Positions 1 to 11,508 of a stretch of 64,000 nt of DNA are shown piece by piece; position 1 is the stretch's first letter; each line of letters opens with the position of its first letter. This DNA comes from Candidatus Poribacteria bacterium (GTDB lineage: Bacteria > Poribacteria > WGA-4E > JAJDTR01), in contig CBDCTK010000002.1 in assembly GCA_965222225.1 (NCBI GenBank), positions 5,184,001 to 5,248,000 of the forward strand. The letters run 5' to 3'. A program made the position numbers and the translations under genes. Below the pieces are notes generated by a model. That model was given only the letters and a program-made list of their open reading frames with translations. It was not told the DNA's origin and ran no database searches.

Positions 1-528
1 GCGAGAGTTTCGGGAGCGGGCAGGTTGATTGTTGTCGGAGGACCGCCGGGGCGTCTCGAAATGGCAAAGCGATTGGGCGCGGATGTCACAATCGACATTG
101 CGGAAGTTCCAGATCCCGAGGAACGGAAGAAAATCGTCCGTGAGAATACACCTCAAAATAAGGGGGCTGACATCGTGTACGAATGTTCGGGTTTTCCCGC
201 CGCTATTCCCGAAGGGCTGGATTTTATCCGCTACAGTGGCACTTACGTGGAATATGGCCACTTCGTTGATGTCGGAACGTTTGAGTGTAACCCCAACCAA
301 ATGCTCATGCGCAAGAATCTGCGATTGGAAGCCGGATGGGGTTTCCGACCGCACCACTTCATCCGAGCGGTGCCGATGCTCGAAAAACACCAATCTCTCT
401 TTACTGACTTTGTCAGCCACATTCTTCCTTTAGAGGATGTCGCTCAAGGCTTCAATGCCCTGCACACCAGCTACAATCTTGACGGTCGAGACGCCATCAA
501 GATCGCCATCAAAGGCGGTTTAGCTTGA
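1..528 (+). CDS. Zn-dependent alcohol dehydrogenase (MDR family), 5'-truncated by window edge
   Basis: Frame open from base 1; RLEMAKRLGADVTI, GADIVYECSG motifs of the MDR C-terminal half. Confidence 0.85.
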   Translation, partial: ARVSGAGRLIVVGGPPGRLEMAKRLGADVTIDIAEVPDPEERKKIVRENTPQNKGADIVYECSGFPAAIPEGLDFIRYSGTYVEYGHFVDVGTFECNPNQMLMRKNLRLEAGWGFRPHHFIRAVPMLEKHQSLFTDFVSHILPLEDVAQGFNALHTSYNLDGRDAIKIAIKGGLA

Positions 529-789
529 TGAGGGACAAAACCTTGCTTGAGATAGAGTTTTCGAACTCAAGGACATACGCCAATTGAGGTTTGTAGGCTG
601 GGCAATTCGATGAGGCGAGCGAATTATGACTGCGATAGAACTCCCATAGAAATTTCTCTGAGATTGCAGAATCGTAGATGAAATTCTCAAAGTATTCAAA
701 GTATATAGAAACGCCGATTCACTGCGCAGCAAAAGACCTTGATTCATCAAGATTCGCATCGTGCTCCTCTATTCAGCGAGTTCCCTAAC

Positions 790-823
790 TGCACGGTCTG
801 GATTGATAAATCCAGACCGTGCA
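790..823. repeat. Perfect 15-bp inverted repeat (hairpin)
   Basis: TGCACGGTCTGGATT-GATA-AATCCAGACCGTGCA. Confidence 0.8.
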
Positions 824-971
824 CTTGAATGTGCTAGTCTAGCTACTCCGAGTGCGCGCTCACCGGGTAGACTAAAAATTTCTAACTAACATTTCTTAGT
901 TTTATCAGTTTTATCAGCAATTATTGCCGAAACAAATCGGCAGACTAAATAGTTACGATGTAAGATAACCA

Positions 972-1814
972 ATGGCGGGAAAGACAATTATCACCGCGGC
1001 AGTGGTAGGATCCAGTCCTGCGAAAGAGATGAATCCTGCTGTGCCGTACACACCGAAGGAGATTGCGGAGGCTGCCATCGTGTCTTGCCGGGCGGGAGCC
1101 GCCATTGCCCACATCCATGTGCGCGACCCGGAAACCGGAAAACCCGATTCATCGATTGAGTTATTTCGAGAAGTTGTTGATCGAATCCGTCAATCCTGCG
1201 ACATTGTGATTAATCTGACAACTAGCGGCTATAATATCACCGGTGACGACGTCATTGAAAAGCGCCTGGAACCTGTCACATTGGGGCCGGAAATCTGTTC
1301 ACTGGACATCGGTTCGGTGAATTTCGCGAATGCCGCGTTTGTCAATTCCCCGGAGTGGGGCAGGACTGCGGCGGCTCGGATGCGCGACCACGGGGTAAAA
1401 CCGGAGATTGAAGCCTTCGACGCGGGTCACATGCGTCAAGCTGTCAATTGGGTTGCGGAGGGACTGTTTGACGACCCGCCATATTTCCAACTGTGCATGG
1501 GGGTCGGTTGGGGAATTCAGGCCTCGCCGGAGAACCTTCTGCTTATGCAGAGGCTTGTGCCGCCCTCCTGTCCGTGGTCCGTTTTGGGCGTTGGAAGACA
1601 TCAATTGCCCATGATTACAATGGGCGTGATTTTGGACGGCCACATACGGGTCGGTTTTGAGGACAATATCTATGTCAGCAAAGGGGTGTTAGCTAAGAGC
1701 AATGCTCAGATGGTGGATATGGCTGCAAACGTGGTAGAGACCCTCCAACACCAAGTAGCCACGCCCGATGATGCGCGTCGAATACTGGGTACTTCTAGTC
1801 GTAGCACGAGCTGA
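972..1814 (+). CDS. 3-keto-5-aminohexanoate cleavage enzyme family (BKACE/DUF849)
   Basis: IITAAVVG, PYTPKEIA, AHIHVRDP, VKPEIEAFD, HIRVGFEDN motifs. Confidence 0.9.
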   Translation: MAGKTIITAAVVGSSPAKEMNPAVPYTPKEIAEAAIVSCRAGAAIAHIHVRDPETGKPDSSIELFREVVDRIRQSCDIVINLTTSGYNITGDDVIEKRLEPVTLGPEICSLDIGSVNFANAAFVNSPEWGRTAAARMRDHGVKPEIEAFDAGHMRQAVNWVAEGLFDDPPYFQLCMGVGWGIQASPENLLLMQRLVPPSCPWSVLGVGRHQLPMITMGVILDGHIRVGFEDNIYVSKGVLAKSNAQMVDMAANVVETLQHQVATPDDARRILGTSSRSTS

Positions 1815-2110
1815 CAACTTCGTTTCGACCTGCTGTCCTACCAAAGGGCGACTAACCGGAAATATACGGATAGCTTCAATCCTCATCTGTACGTTAATTA
1901 AATAGCACGTGTTCTAATCGTCGAGGGAATTTTCGGCTGCCTGTGAGTTCGATGTACAGATTCTGCGGTAGCATTGTCCTCTCTACGGAGGCGCACCGGG
2001 GGAAAAGACAACCCGGGTTTGCGGGTGCTTTTCCCCCTCACCTCGTTTCCTCTTGGGACATTTTGTGCCCTATATCCAACTGGAAGTCACTCGTACCGTA
2101 AGAATGCTAT

Positions 2111-2149
2111 AAAAAAGCACCCAACCAAGACATTGATGGGTGCTTTTTT
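2111..2149. terminator. Bidirectional intrinsic terminator
   Basis: AAAAAAGCACCCA...TGGGTGCTTTTTT between convergent genes. Confidence 0.75.
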
Positions 2150-2186
2150 AGGGTGGTTGGTAAGTAATGCGTTAGGTTTTTACCAT

Positions 2187-2513
2187 CTACCATCTATTAC
2201 CGCCACCACCACCACCGCTACCGCCACCGCGTCCCCGTCCACCGCCGCGTCCCCGTTCACCGCCGCGGTCTTCCCGAGGGCGTGCTTCGTTGACCTTGAT
2301 TGCACGTCCCTGTAACTCGCTACCATTAAGTTCCTGAACTGCTCGCTCGCCATCGGCTTTCTCTCGCATTTCGACGAACCCAAACCCTTTTGATTGACCA
2401 CTGTACTTGTCCATGATAATGTTGACAGCGTCAACTTCTCCGAAAGCCGCAAATAGCCCCCGCAATTCATCATCTGTGGCATCGAACGATAAATTGCCTA
2501 CGTAGATGTTCAT
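2187..2513 (-). CDS. RRM RNA-binding protein with Gly-rich tail
   Basis: MNIYVGNL (RNP2), KGFGFVEM (RNP1), RGG-rich C-terminus; start placed at MNIY. Confidence 0.92.
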   Translation of the reverse strand: MNIYVGNLSFDATDDELRGLFAAFGEVDAVNIIMDKYSGQSKGFGFVEMREKADGERAVQELNGSELQGRAIKVNEARPREDRGGERGRGGGRGRGGGSGGGGGGNRW

Positions 2514-2820
2514 ATTTGTCTCCCAAATCGGTAAAGGCAAAAGAAAAATGTCATCAGACAACAGTTTTGTCTGTGCCATCTTTAATGTTTTTAAGAGTGG
2601 ATTGAAATGTGCCTGTTATCGCGGTGTTTTGGCAGGAAACATAGAATGGTAGGAATAAAAAACTGATTCTTATTCATCAAGGCTAGCTGTCAAAATACTG
2701 CTCTTTTTCTTGAAGGGCGAAAATTTCGCGCTTCAATTTCGGACACAACCGGTATTATAACACAGATTCGTAATTTGCGCAACATTCCATACTATTTCTG
2801 ATGTCAACCCGTGGGCCACT

Positions 2821-3402
2821 CTATAACCGTCTATTAACCCTATGTCGATCGGCAGAATTTGCTCCTGATGGGGGCATAGACCGCTGATTAACGGACAAAT
2901 AGCGTTTCGGCGGCGCGGTAGAGATAATATCAATCCAAACGAGTGTGGCGTCCTCCGTGTGTGATTGTACGACGAATTTGGCGTTGTCCGAAGATAAATG
3001 TGAGCCACGCGGATAATAAATCGTGGCAAACGTGCCGAGTATCAGGAGCACAGCGAACGTAGCAGCAAACGTAAAGGACGGTGCACGCTTGAGCACGCTG
3101 TTGTGAGGCCAAGCCATGGCGGATTCCAGTCTCTGCCAGATTCGGTGTCTTAAAGATGTTCGCAATTTCTCGCTTGCGGAGACCTCCGACGCCCGGTACA
3201 TTACGTCTGAGACGAAATCGTCTGAGGTTTTGACGAGGTCGAGGCGATGAAGGATTTCGTCAGTCTGTCGAATTCGCACAGCCTCGTGCGCGCACGTTGA
3301 GCACTGTCCAAGATGCCACTTAATCAACTGAATCTTCCACAGTGGCATCTCGCGGTCAAGATACGCGGAGATTTCGGACTGTATACCTTCACACTTTAGC
3401 AT
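2821..3402 (-). CDS. Membrane anti-sigma factor with zf-HC2 domain
   Basis: C..ISAYLD..HLGQCSTC (HxxxCxxC) plus one TM helix; overlaps the sigma gene stop. Confidence 0.85.
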   Translation of the reverse strand: MLKCEGIQSEISAYLDREMPLWKIQLIKWHLGQCSTCAHEAVRIRQTDEILHRLDLVKTSDDFVSDVMYRASEVSASEKLRTSLRHRIWQRLESAMAWPHNSVLKRAPSFTFAATFAVLLILGTFATIYYPRGSHLSSDNAKFVVQSHTEDATLVWIDIISTAPPKRYLSVNQRSMPPSGANSADRHRVNRRL

Positions 3403-3988
3403 TAGAACTCTCTCCAATTCCAACCTCAAGCAGAAGCGTTTTCATATTTTGGCGCGCCCGGTGAATCAATGATTTCACCGCGCTCACGGAGCAATTCATG
3501 ATTTCGGCAATTTCGTCGTATCTTAAATCTTGATAGGTTACCAAGTTTAACGCTATACGCTGATTATCCGGGAGCAGATTCAGCGTTTGCTGGATCATCA
3601 ACTGCTGCTCCTTCTTTTCATAAAGCTCATCGGGCAAATAACTTACGTCCCGCATGACATACGAATAATTAATGTCTTCGCCCTCCGAAACAAGATCGTC
3701 GAGAAAAACCGTGTTGCGTCGGTGCCGATTTCGCACCTCGTTCCGGCAAAGGTTCGTCGCAATCAGATAAATCCAGTTCTTGAATTGACACTTGGGCTCG
3801 TAACTGCTCGCGCTACTCAGAACCCTGATAAACGTCTCCTGTGCCAGATCTTCGGCGCGCTGGTAGTCGTAGATACACCGATGGATATAATTGATTATTA
3901 AGTCCTTGTAGCGTATGACCAGAAGTTCGAACGCACTCATATCGCCGTTTCGACATCTCGCCATCAACTCTTCGTCCGAAGTTCGCAA
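3389..3988 (-). CDS. ECF RNA polymerase sigma factor (RpoE/SigW-like)
   Basis: AEDLAQETFIRV, WIYLIATNLCRN, YDEIAEIMNCSVSAVKSLIHRAR. Confidence 0.92.
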   Translation of the reverse strand: MRTSDEELMARCRNGDMSAFELLVIRYKDLIINYIHRCIYDYQRAEDLAQETFIRVLSSASSYEPKCQFKNWIYLIATNLCRNEVRNRHRRNTVFLDDLVSEGEDINYSYVMRDVSYLPDELYEKKEQQLMIQQTLNLLPDNQRIALNLVTYQDLRYDEIAEIMNCSVSAVKSLIHRARQNMKTLLLEVGIGESSNAKV

Positions 3989-4224
3989 CGCGCACCTCCA
4001 TTTCTCAACAAGAGGGCAGCGGGTCTCACTCTAGATGCACCGTGTTCTTCTAAAACACCAGTAAGCCCCTCTGAGTTTCGCACCAAAGTGTCAGAAATTC
4101 ACAAAAACCGCTCTTGGGCAGGCGTCAAAAGTATACTTCATATTTTGAAGATGGTGTAGAGAAAAGATCTGGGTCGCTCCCGTGCGATAGAAATCTAAGC
4201 AGCCTTATGTCCGTGCGAAACGCT

Positions 4225-4547
4225 GTAGGAGCGATTTCCGAATCGATCAAACGAATGGACAGCGATCGACCGAACGATTAGTGAGGGCGATAGCAAATCC
4301 CGTGCGGTAGAAATCCTTAGAAGTCAGGAATCGGAATTCCCTCCTACCCAAATCACACGCTCTATAATCGATATTGCCACCTAATGTAATTTGAAATCAA
4401 GATCGACTTTGTAGGGTGGGCATTGTCCACAAGCCTTTGAAAGCGCCAGTGGCAATCAAGTGAGTGCACAACGATCAACTGAACGAATAGTGAAGGCGAT
4501 AGTAAATCCCGCGCGATAGAAATCCCATAGAACACCGTGAAACCCAA
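4225..4547. repeat. Composite REP cluster with nested 36-nt elements
   Basis: GTAG-footed hairpins at 4225 and 4411; 36-nt element copies starting near 4245, 4264, 4454, 4473. Confidence 0.75.
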
Positions 4548-4588
4548 CTCTCTAACTACTCGCAAGCCAACCCACCTCTACACTAAAG

Positions 4589-4617
4589 TTGAAGTTCAGA
4601 CCAACTTAAGGTATACT
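4589..4617 (+). promoter_or_regulatory. Putative sigma70 promoter
   Basis: TTGAAG-17-TATACT. Confidence 0.5.
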
Positions 4618-4630
4618 GAAAGCAACCGAT

Positions 4631-5614
4631 GTGCTCATTCTAAATAATCTCCCTAGAACGAATGCGGGGCGTTGCCTTTTGATTAAATCGTCTTTCCTCT
4701 GCCTCTTCGCTCTATTTCTGATTGCATCGTCCGGGACACGCGCCGACGCACGCGAATCATGGGATTTGGTAGAGAGCGAAAATTTTCTGGTCTACTACCA
4801 CGGCAATGTCAAATCGGCGCAGAAAATCGTTGATATTGCGGAAGATTTCTACCCCAAAATGCGCCGCTTAATGGGCGATGTCCGCCTAGGTAAGATCGAG
4901 ATTTGGGTTTGTGAGGCGCAGTCAGAGTTTCAGGCAGCCGTTCATGCTCCCATTCAAGACTGGGCGATCGGCTGCGCATTTCCGCTCAGTCGGCGCATAA
5001 TCATCCAAAACCCGCGTGTCATCATTCAGCGTGATTTTCAGTTATCCCAAGTCATCCGCCACGAAATCGTCCACATTATCTTCGGGCAGCGTACCCAAAA
5101 AGCAATCGGCAAGATTCCGCGATGGTTCGTGGAAGGCATAGCCATTTATTTCTCGGGCGAGTGGGCGCCTCGGCGCAACGATGCGCTGATGAAACATATC
5201 TTCTCAAAGTCGGTGATTCCGCTTGCCGAGCTCACGCACGGATTCCCGAAATCTGGAAACCTCGCGCAACTGGCGTACGCGGAAAGCCAAAACGCCGTTG
5301 CGTGGCTGGCGGAAACCGAGGGTGTTGAAAAACTATGGGAGATTATCGACCGGCTTGCAAGCGGCAGCGATCTGGATACCGCCTTCCAAGATTCAATCGG
5401 ATTACAACTTAGCACCTTTGACGCGAAATGGCGCAAGTCACTATCCCGGCGCTACCATTGGGCGGCAATGCTCTCAAGTTCCTATCTCTTTTGGGGAAGC
5501 CTGGCGCTTTTCTTCATGCTAGTCTACCTTCGGTACTGGCGTTACAAACGAAGGCGGCTTCGTCAACTAGAACGCGAGTCGGAAGAGGAGGATGCCTTTT
5601 TCATTGAGCGATGA
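4631..5614 (+). CDS. Membrane-anchored peptidase MA-like zinc metalloprotease
   Basis: Signal peptide, HEIVH (HExxH), PRWFVEGIA third ligand, C-terminal TM followed by basic tail. Confidence 0.8.
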   Translation: MLILNNLPRTNAGRCLLIKSSFLCLFALFLIASSGTRADARESWDLVESENFLVYYHGNVKSAQKIVDIAEDFYPKMRRLMGDVRLGKIEIWVCEAQSEFQAAVHAPIQDWAIGCAFPLSRRIIIQNPRVIIQRDFQLSQVIRHEIVHIIFGQRTQKAIGKIPRWFVEGIAIYFSGEWAPRRNDALMKHIFSKSVIPLAELTHGFPKSGNLAQLAYAESQNAVAWLAETEGVEKLWEIIDRLASGSDLDTAFQDSIGLQLSTFDAKWRKSLSRRYHWAAMLSSSYLFWGSLALFFMLVYLRYWRYKRRRLRQLERESEEEDAFFIER

Positions 5615-5650
5615 TATAAATTTTCTTGTAACTCGGAGAACCCAAAAGTT

Positions 5651-6142
5651 ATGCGCGATAATCTTTTTGTGCCAAACAAAATGGCTTATGTCAAAGGGAA
5701 AGCAAAACCTGATGTCGAGTGCATCCTGTGTGCCATTGTCGAAGGAGACGAACGGGTAGAGCGTTTGGACATTTACCGAGGCGAATTATTTACGATTTCG
5801 CTGAATCTCTACCCGTATAGCCCGGGACATCTAATGATTTTTCCCAATCGCCATATTGTTGACGTTCGAGAATTCACTCGTGAGGAGGTTGTCGAACTGC
5901 ATCGCCTTCAATGTCGCTCCCTTGAAGTATTGGATCGCGTATACCAACCCTACGGATACAACCTCGGTTTCAATGTCGGACAAGCGTCAGGCGCAAGCAT
6001 TCCGCATGTACATGCCCACGTTGTCCCGCGCTACCCCCGCGAGCTGGGATTCATTGACGTTATCAATGGCGCCAGAATTATAGTCGAAGATCCAAACGTG
6101 ACACAAGACAAACTCCGCCAAGCGTTTAACGCAGACGATTAG
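5651..6142 (+). CDS. HIT-family hydrolase (Ap4A phosphorylase/FHIT-like)
   Basis: CILC, NLYPYSPGHLMI, HVHAHVVPR histidine triad. Confidence 0.9.
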   Translation: MRDNLFVPNKMAYVKGKAKPDVECILCAIVEGDERVERLDIYRGELFTISLNLYPYSPGHLMIFPNRHIVDVREFTREEVVELHRLQCRSLEVLDRVYQPYGYNLGFNVGQASGASIPHVHAHVVPRYPRELGFIDVINGARIIVEDPNVTQDKLRQAFNADD

Positions 6143-6179
6143 TGTCTGATGCTGCGTTCAACCATCCGCTCATTTGATA

Positions 6180-9100
6180 CTATTTTACTATCACCGCCCT
6201 GCGCGACGCCGAAAACCTTCCCGCAACAAACCGCAAGAAGTACACACCGCTGGAGACCTGCTCTCCGTTCTGGTTCTGACCATCCCAATATGCGGCTTCC
6301 GAACGTGTCAGGTAGTACCCGGCGGGTTTAAAGCCGAGCGGGATTTGCCGGACGAGGCGCCCTCCGGTGCCATGGATAAATAGTGTCACATCTGCTCCCT
6401 AGGCTAACTGATACGGTATCCATGTCTCCAGGTTAAACGGGTTGGGGAAATTCGGGAGTAACTTCGTTTCTGCCACGGTCTGCGTCAGGTGCGTTAGCCA
6501 AAGGCGTAGAAGCCGAATCGCCGCCTCAACACCGCCTGATATTTCGGATATTTCTTCCAATGCGTTCAAGGCTTGGTTAATAGCAATGGCCTCTTCGGGC
6601 GTGGCAACTTTCGATTCGGAGATATCAGACGCGGTGGGCGCTGCGGCGGCGTTTTCACCAAGCGCCCCTGCCACCAGCACCAGGTCTAGCACGTTAACCT
6701 GTCCATCCTTGTTCACATCCGTCCGCGCGTTACGTGGCGGCTTTTGTCCAAACTCCTGTGCAACAAGCACAAGATCCAGAATATTGACCATTCCGTCCCG
6801 GTTGACATCTTCGCTAGACTGACTTTCAACCCCTTCTGCGGTGATAAACAAATCCGCCCAATTCGCTTTGTCAGAACTTGCGCTTCCAGCCGGATTTGTC
6901 ACCAATTCCAGCAATACGATTTCACCCGCAAACTCGGCAAGAGAAATCTGGGCATCCACCCAGCCTGATGTGTCTATGAATCGTTCAAATTGAGATTGTC
7001 CGTTTAGTAATACTTGGAAAAGAACTCCATCACTTTGACTACCCCCTTCCCCCAGGCCCATTGAAAAAGCGAATGTCACATCTCGGGCTTGGGGCAGAGC
7101 GAGCAAAAACTGAAGAATTGTCTCCCCATCACGAGGTGGATGGGCGAAAATGGTTTCCTTACGCACGCCGCCGGACGTAGCCGCCGTTCGTGCGCCCGAA
7201 TTCCAAGCGCTGCCCAGCCGAAAAATACCTTCAAACTCAAGCCCGGCAACAAACTCGGCCTCTCTAAGATTGTACGGTGGCACCACTTGTTGAACAGGTT
7301 CAAAGAACAGGAGGATTTTCGCTGGCAGTGCGGTTTCGAGATAATACTGTCCCTGTCCGACAGACCGAATTTTCGCGGGCAAACGCTTTATAGGCTTATA
7401 AGGCAGGAAGAACCCTACGTTTATGTGTGTTATGTGTGTATCGACTGGATCGGCGACGATTTTGGGTTTCCCCCAAACCGCCCAATCCCAGCCCGTATTT
7501 CCGGCAGGCCCTGGATTCGTGGTAAAACGTAGGATGACGTTCTCGCCGCTGTAGGGAGTTAAGTTCAGGAGAATGTGCTTCCACCGCTGTTCGTGGTGGT
7601 GTTGACGAAAGATCTCTTCGCCTTGCACGGAAACGATGAACGTCACGCCATCGGAGTTTTCGGAACCGTCCCGCAATCCGATATTGAATTCTAGATTGAT
7701 TCTGGGGCTTTCCGGAAGCGCAAGCGTAAATTCACCGAACGTGTCGCCGCTAGCCCCTTGGTGAGGGGGATGCGCGTAAATCGCCGCCTTTCGAGTGCCA
7801 GCAACAGTGGCTTCGACTCGCCTAAAGGTAGCTCCTCTTTGCCCAGTTAATTCTTGCCCGTCAAGGATGATTCCTGTCCTCACAAGATGAAACCTAGACA
7901 TTAGATCAATGTCGTCCGAGCCGCGAACGCGTTCCAACCGGAACACGGCGGCATTCGTCGTCACGCGCGTCTCTGTCACGGAGACCCCTTCCGGCAAGGC
8001 ATTAATATGCACTTGTGAAAAATCGCGTGGCAAATCACTCAAGAGATAATTTTGATTCGGATTCAACCCGAGTATCGTGGTTTGGTTGTATGCGCGCCAT
8101 TGCGGTAGGGTTCGCTCAGTTATCGCTTGCGTTACGCCAGAAAACACTCTCTCGTACCCTGCGCTACCCCGAGGTAAAACAAGCACAGAACCAGTGTCTG
8201 TCGTTTGCTGCCTTGCAATTTCACCGTCTTGACCGACATACTGGAATAGGGTTCCCGATTCCCAAGCCCCTTCAAAGTCGGGTTTCAAACTAAGTTGTTG
8301 CCATTTTCGGGCGACCGAGAGCAGTGTTTGTGTCCCAGTATATGAGGGATTCAACAGTTCCAACCTGAGGCGAAGTGTCGGCAAGACTCCCCAACTCTCA
8401 TAGGAGTCGAGGTGCTCTTGATAAAGTTGCGGATTTCTATCTAGTTCCGGCAATGACAAATGGCCGTAGGGTAATGTATAAGGAGAGAAGAGAAACGCGC
8501 TAATCGGATGTGCTTTTGCCTCCGGCGAGAGTCTCGGGCGTTGTGAAAAACTCTCCCGAAAGAAGGTGACTTCGTGAAGTCTTTCGCCGCTGAAAACAAC
8601 CCGCGGCATCGCTTCCGCCAATTCCTTATGGAGCAGTGCGTTGCCTTGGGAAGCATTTAAGCCTTCAATCAGTCCATTGGCATCATTTATCACAACGTGA
8701 CTGATATCCAAATGGAATGCATCCACTCCGTATTTTTTCCACACATCGTTCAGTTGTTTAACGAATAGTTTTCTAAATGAAGAATCAGCGAGATTAATGA
8801 AAGCATGGCGTCCAGGGTTGTCTGTTTCACCCCACCGCCAACCAATCGGATTCCCATTCCAGGGATCCCGAAATTGAGAGTTCTGAAATTTTGCGTATAG
8901 GGGATGGTAAGGCGAGACTCCTACGAGATTTGTATGAGGCATTACGCGGAATCCGTGTTGATGTGCGGCTTCAACAAAACGCCCAAAACCGTCTCGTGCC
9001 GCGTAATCGGGATAATTTACATCGTAAGCATATTTGCGCCACCCAACCAGATACAGTAAGGTTTTTGCCGGATTGATTAGTTCTGCCAGCCGATCCAAAA

Positions 9101-9994
9101 ACCGGGTGTCCAAATCGGCGTAGATGATAACCAAGCCAATGTCGTCAACCCATGCTGGCATTTCTGACAGTCGCCAAGGGTTGAAAGTTTGTTCAATCCA
9201 GTTCCGATACTGCTCGGCAGGCACACGCCAGTCGCCGGTGTATGTATTCAATCGCCACGTCACAGATTTAGCGGAAGTTAACGCATCGAAAGGGGCTTGG
9301 TTGTGCGTTTGAAAACCCAGCGCGAAACTGTCCAAATCCCGTTCGTAGCGGAGTTCCTTAAACTGAAATGTCGGGTCTGTACCGCGAACGAAAAAACCGC
9401 CATGCTTTCCCTGAATAATTGCAAGTTGCGTTTCCCAAGCGCCCGGATAGCCAAAACTTCTTGAAGCATTTGGATATGCCGCGTCAATAATCTGCCCGCC
9501 TTCCGCGGGAAGAATGAGCTCCAGATTTCTGATATCCAGATTCCCGCAGCCCCACTGGATTCCATAAACCCCCGGTGCATCAGAAACTCCGTCCTGTCCA
9601 ATGAGCAAGTCGTTTGTAGACTCGTCAACGGCTATAGACAGCCTGAATTCGTTCTGTCCCTCCCGAAATACAATCTCGGCTTCAAGCGGGGCTATTTTTC
9701 TTGCTTCGGTTAACGTAGCCTCCGATATCCAGATAGGGAGTTATGCTTCCTCAATATCCCGCTCTGCCCACCAAGACCCCTAGAAAGACCGGCGGCATCA
9801 GGCGGTAAGGTATACACTTCGTCTGTTATCTTGTTGGCAATCTGATTGATAACGCCGTTCTCAAACCGAACCTCGTAAGTGTCCGTTTCGACAATGACAG
9901 TGTTATCATGGACGGTAATTTTGGCGGCTTGCACCGCCTCGGTATGAAGCATAAACAGGACGCTGCAAAGGCTTGCTATGACCAAATTACGCAA
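6180..9994 (-). pseudogene. Large secreted DUF6259/glycoside-hydrolase-like protein with dockerin and C-terminal FlgD-Ig/T9SS-CTD-like domain; frameshift plus in-frame amber
   Basis: TTG start 9994 after GGAGG with signal peptide; frameshift near 9740; DVNRDGMVNILDL/DVNKDGQVNVLDL dockerin; TAG at 6399-6401 followed in frame by GADVTLFI...YWDGQNQNGEQVSSGVYF. Confidence 0.8.
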
Positions 9995-10086
9995 TTGAGT
10001 TCCCTCCATAGAAACGTAAGACATAAAACAAAACCGGGAAAACGTTGGCGTTTTCTTGCATGTAGCCCCAGTTTGATGATCCATTT

Positions 10087-10140
10087 GTAGGGTGCGCACT
10101 GCGCACCAGCCTTTGGAAGCACCAGCGGCGCGACAGGTAA
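10087..10140 (+). repeat. REP-like element (empty allele)
   Basis: GTAGGGTGCGCACTGCGCACC-AGCCTTTG...CCAGCGGCGCGACAGGTA; related copies at 4411, 22022, 26769, 36502, 37209, 55688. Confidence 0.8.
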
Positions 10141-10283
10141 ACGTGTGTAGGAACTCAAATGCCGAAAATGACTTCCTTCCTATATTCGAACAGATTTTAA
10201 ACAGTTACGAATAAAAGTAGACTCATCAACCGCTCCGGAAGATTGAGCGTGGCATGGAATCCAATCTTCCATCCTTCTCAACC

Positions 10284-11183
10284 TTACCCATCGGGATCCG
10301 TAACAATCTGCGTCCCAATCCCCTCCGAAGTAAAAACCTCAAGCAAGAGCGCGTGGCTAATTCGTCCATCAATGATGTGCGCTTTGGAAACGCCGCCGAA
10401 GATGGCGATGGTGCACGCCTCAACCTTTGGAAGCATGCCGCTGCTAATCACCCGATCGGCGATCAAACCCTCAATCTCCTCTGTCTTCACCGTGGGAATC
10501 AGTGTTGAATCGTCATCCAAGTCTCGCAAGATGCCCCGCTGATCCGTAAGTAAAATCAGTTTTTCTGCCTTGAGTGCGGCGGCGATTTCGCCTGCCATCG
10601 TATCCGCGTTTATATTATAGGTGCAACCATCTTCTCCAACCCCGTTCGGCGCAATAACAGGGATGTAGCCATCCCGATCGAGCGACACAATGACGCTGGG
10701 ATCGACATGCGCGATGTCGCCGACGAAGCCAAGATCAACGTCCGTCGCCTCACCGAGGTCGTCGACAACGTGCGCAAAATGCTTTCGTGCGCGAATAAGG
10801 TTGGCGTCTTTGCCGCAAAGCCCCACGGCGCGTCCCCCGTGCGCGTTGATAAGCGAGACGATTTCCTTGTTGATGGTTCCAGCCAACACCATCTCGGCGA
10901 CCTCAACCGTTTCCTGATCCGTGACGCGCAGCCCCTGCACAAATTCGGCGTCCTTGCCGATCCGCTGCATCCACTCACTAATCTTTGTTCCTCCGCCGTG
11001 CACAACAACAGGATGCATACCGGTATACTTCATCAAAACGATGTCCTGAATCACACTATCCTTTAGGGCGTCGTTTTCCATGGCGGCTCCGCCGTACTTA
11101 ACCACGATGGTTTTTCCGAAGAATTGACGGATATATGGAAGCGCTTCAATTAAGATATCTGCTTTCTTTACCAATTCATCCAT
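10284..11183 (-). CDS. argB: Acetylglutamate kinase
   Basis: LIEALPYI, VVKYGGAAM, VHGGG, GLRVTD, YNINAD, GMLPKV. Confidence 0.97.
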   Translation of the reverse strand: MDELVKKADILIEALPYIRQFFGKTIVVKYGGAAMENDALKDSVIQDIVLMKYTGMHPVVVHGGGTKISEWMQRIGKDAEFVQGLRVTDQETVEVAEMVLAGTINKEIVSLINAHGGRAVGLCGKDANLIRARKHFAHVVDDLGEATDVDLGFVGDIAHVDPSVIVSLDRDGYIPVIAPNGVGEDGCTYNINADTMAGEIAAALKAEKLILLTDQRGILRDLDDDSTLIPTVKTEEIEGLIADRVISSGMLPKVEACTIAIFGGVSKAHIIDGRISHALLLEVFTSEGIGTQIVTDPDG

Positions 11184-11249
11184 TTGCTATCTCCGTTGGA
11201 TAAACTCGGAATTTAGTCCTCACATCCTGTTTGAAAACCCATGTGGTGC

Positions 11250-11351
11250 GTAGGTTGGGTTGAGCGGAAATCCCTGAGAAATCACACATAGAAAGAGAAC
11301 TTTCGAGGTTTCATTTCGCCCTAAAGGGCCGAAATTCGAGTGAAACCCAAC
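11250..11351 (+). repeat. ~100-bp REP/MITE-like element
   Basis: GTAGGTTGGGTT...CGGAAATCC...GTGAAACCCAAC; copies 13064-13166 and 25633-25732; short forms 14839 and 23440. Confidence 0.75.
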
Positions 11352-11508
11352 TCTTCATCGCGCACATTGCTCCTGTAAGATCGCTCTTCGATCAGGAAAA
11401 GGCTTTGTCAAACGTGGCGATAGTGCCTGCATCGGGAGTAAATGACAATTGTAAGGCGAGAAGAACCTGTGTCCAAAAAATCGACTCGTCGGCTTGGTAT
11501 AATCCTCC

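Noticed and set aside
6399-6401. Amber readthrough (pyrrolysine or recoding)
   Set aside because: The same gene is also frameshifted, and TAG is used as a normal stop by many genes here.
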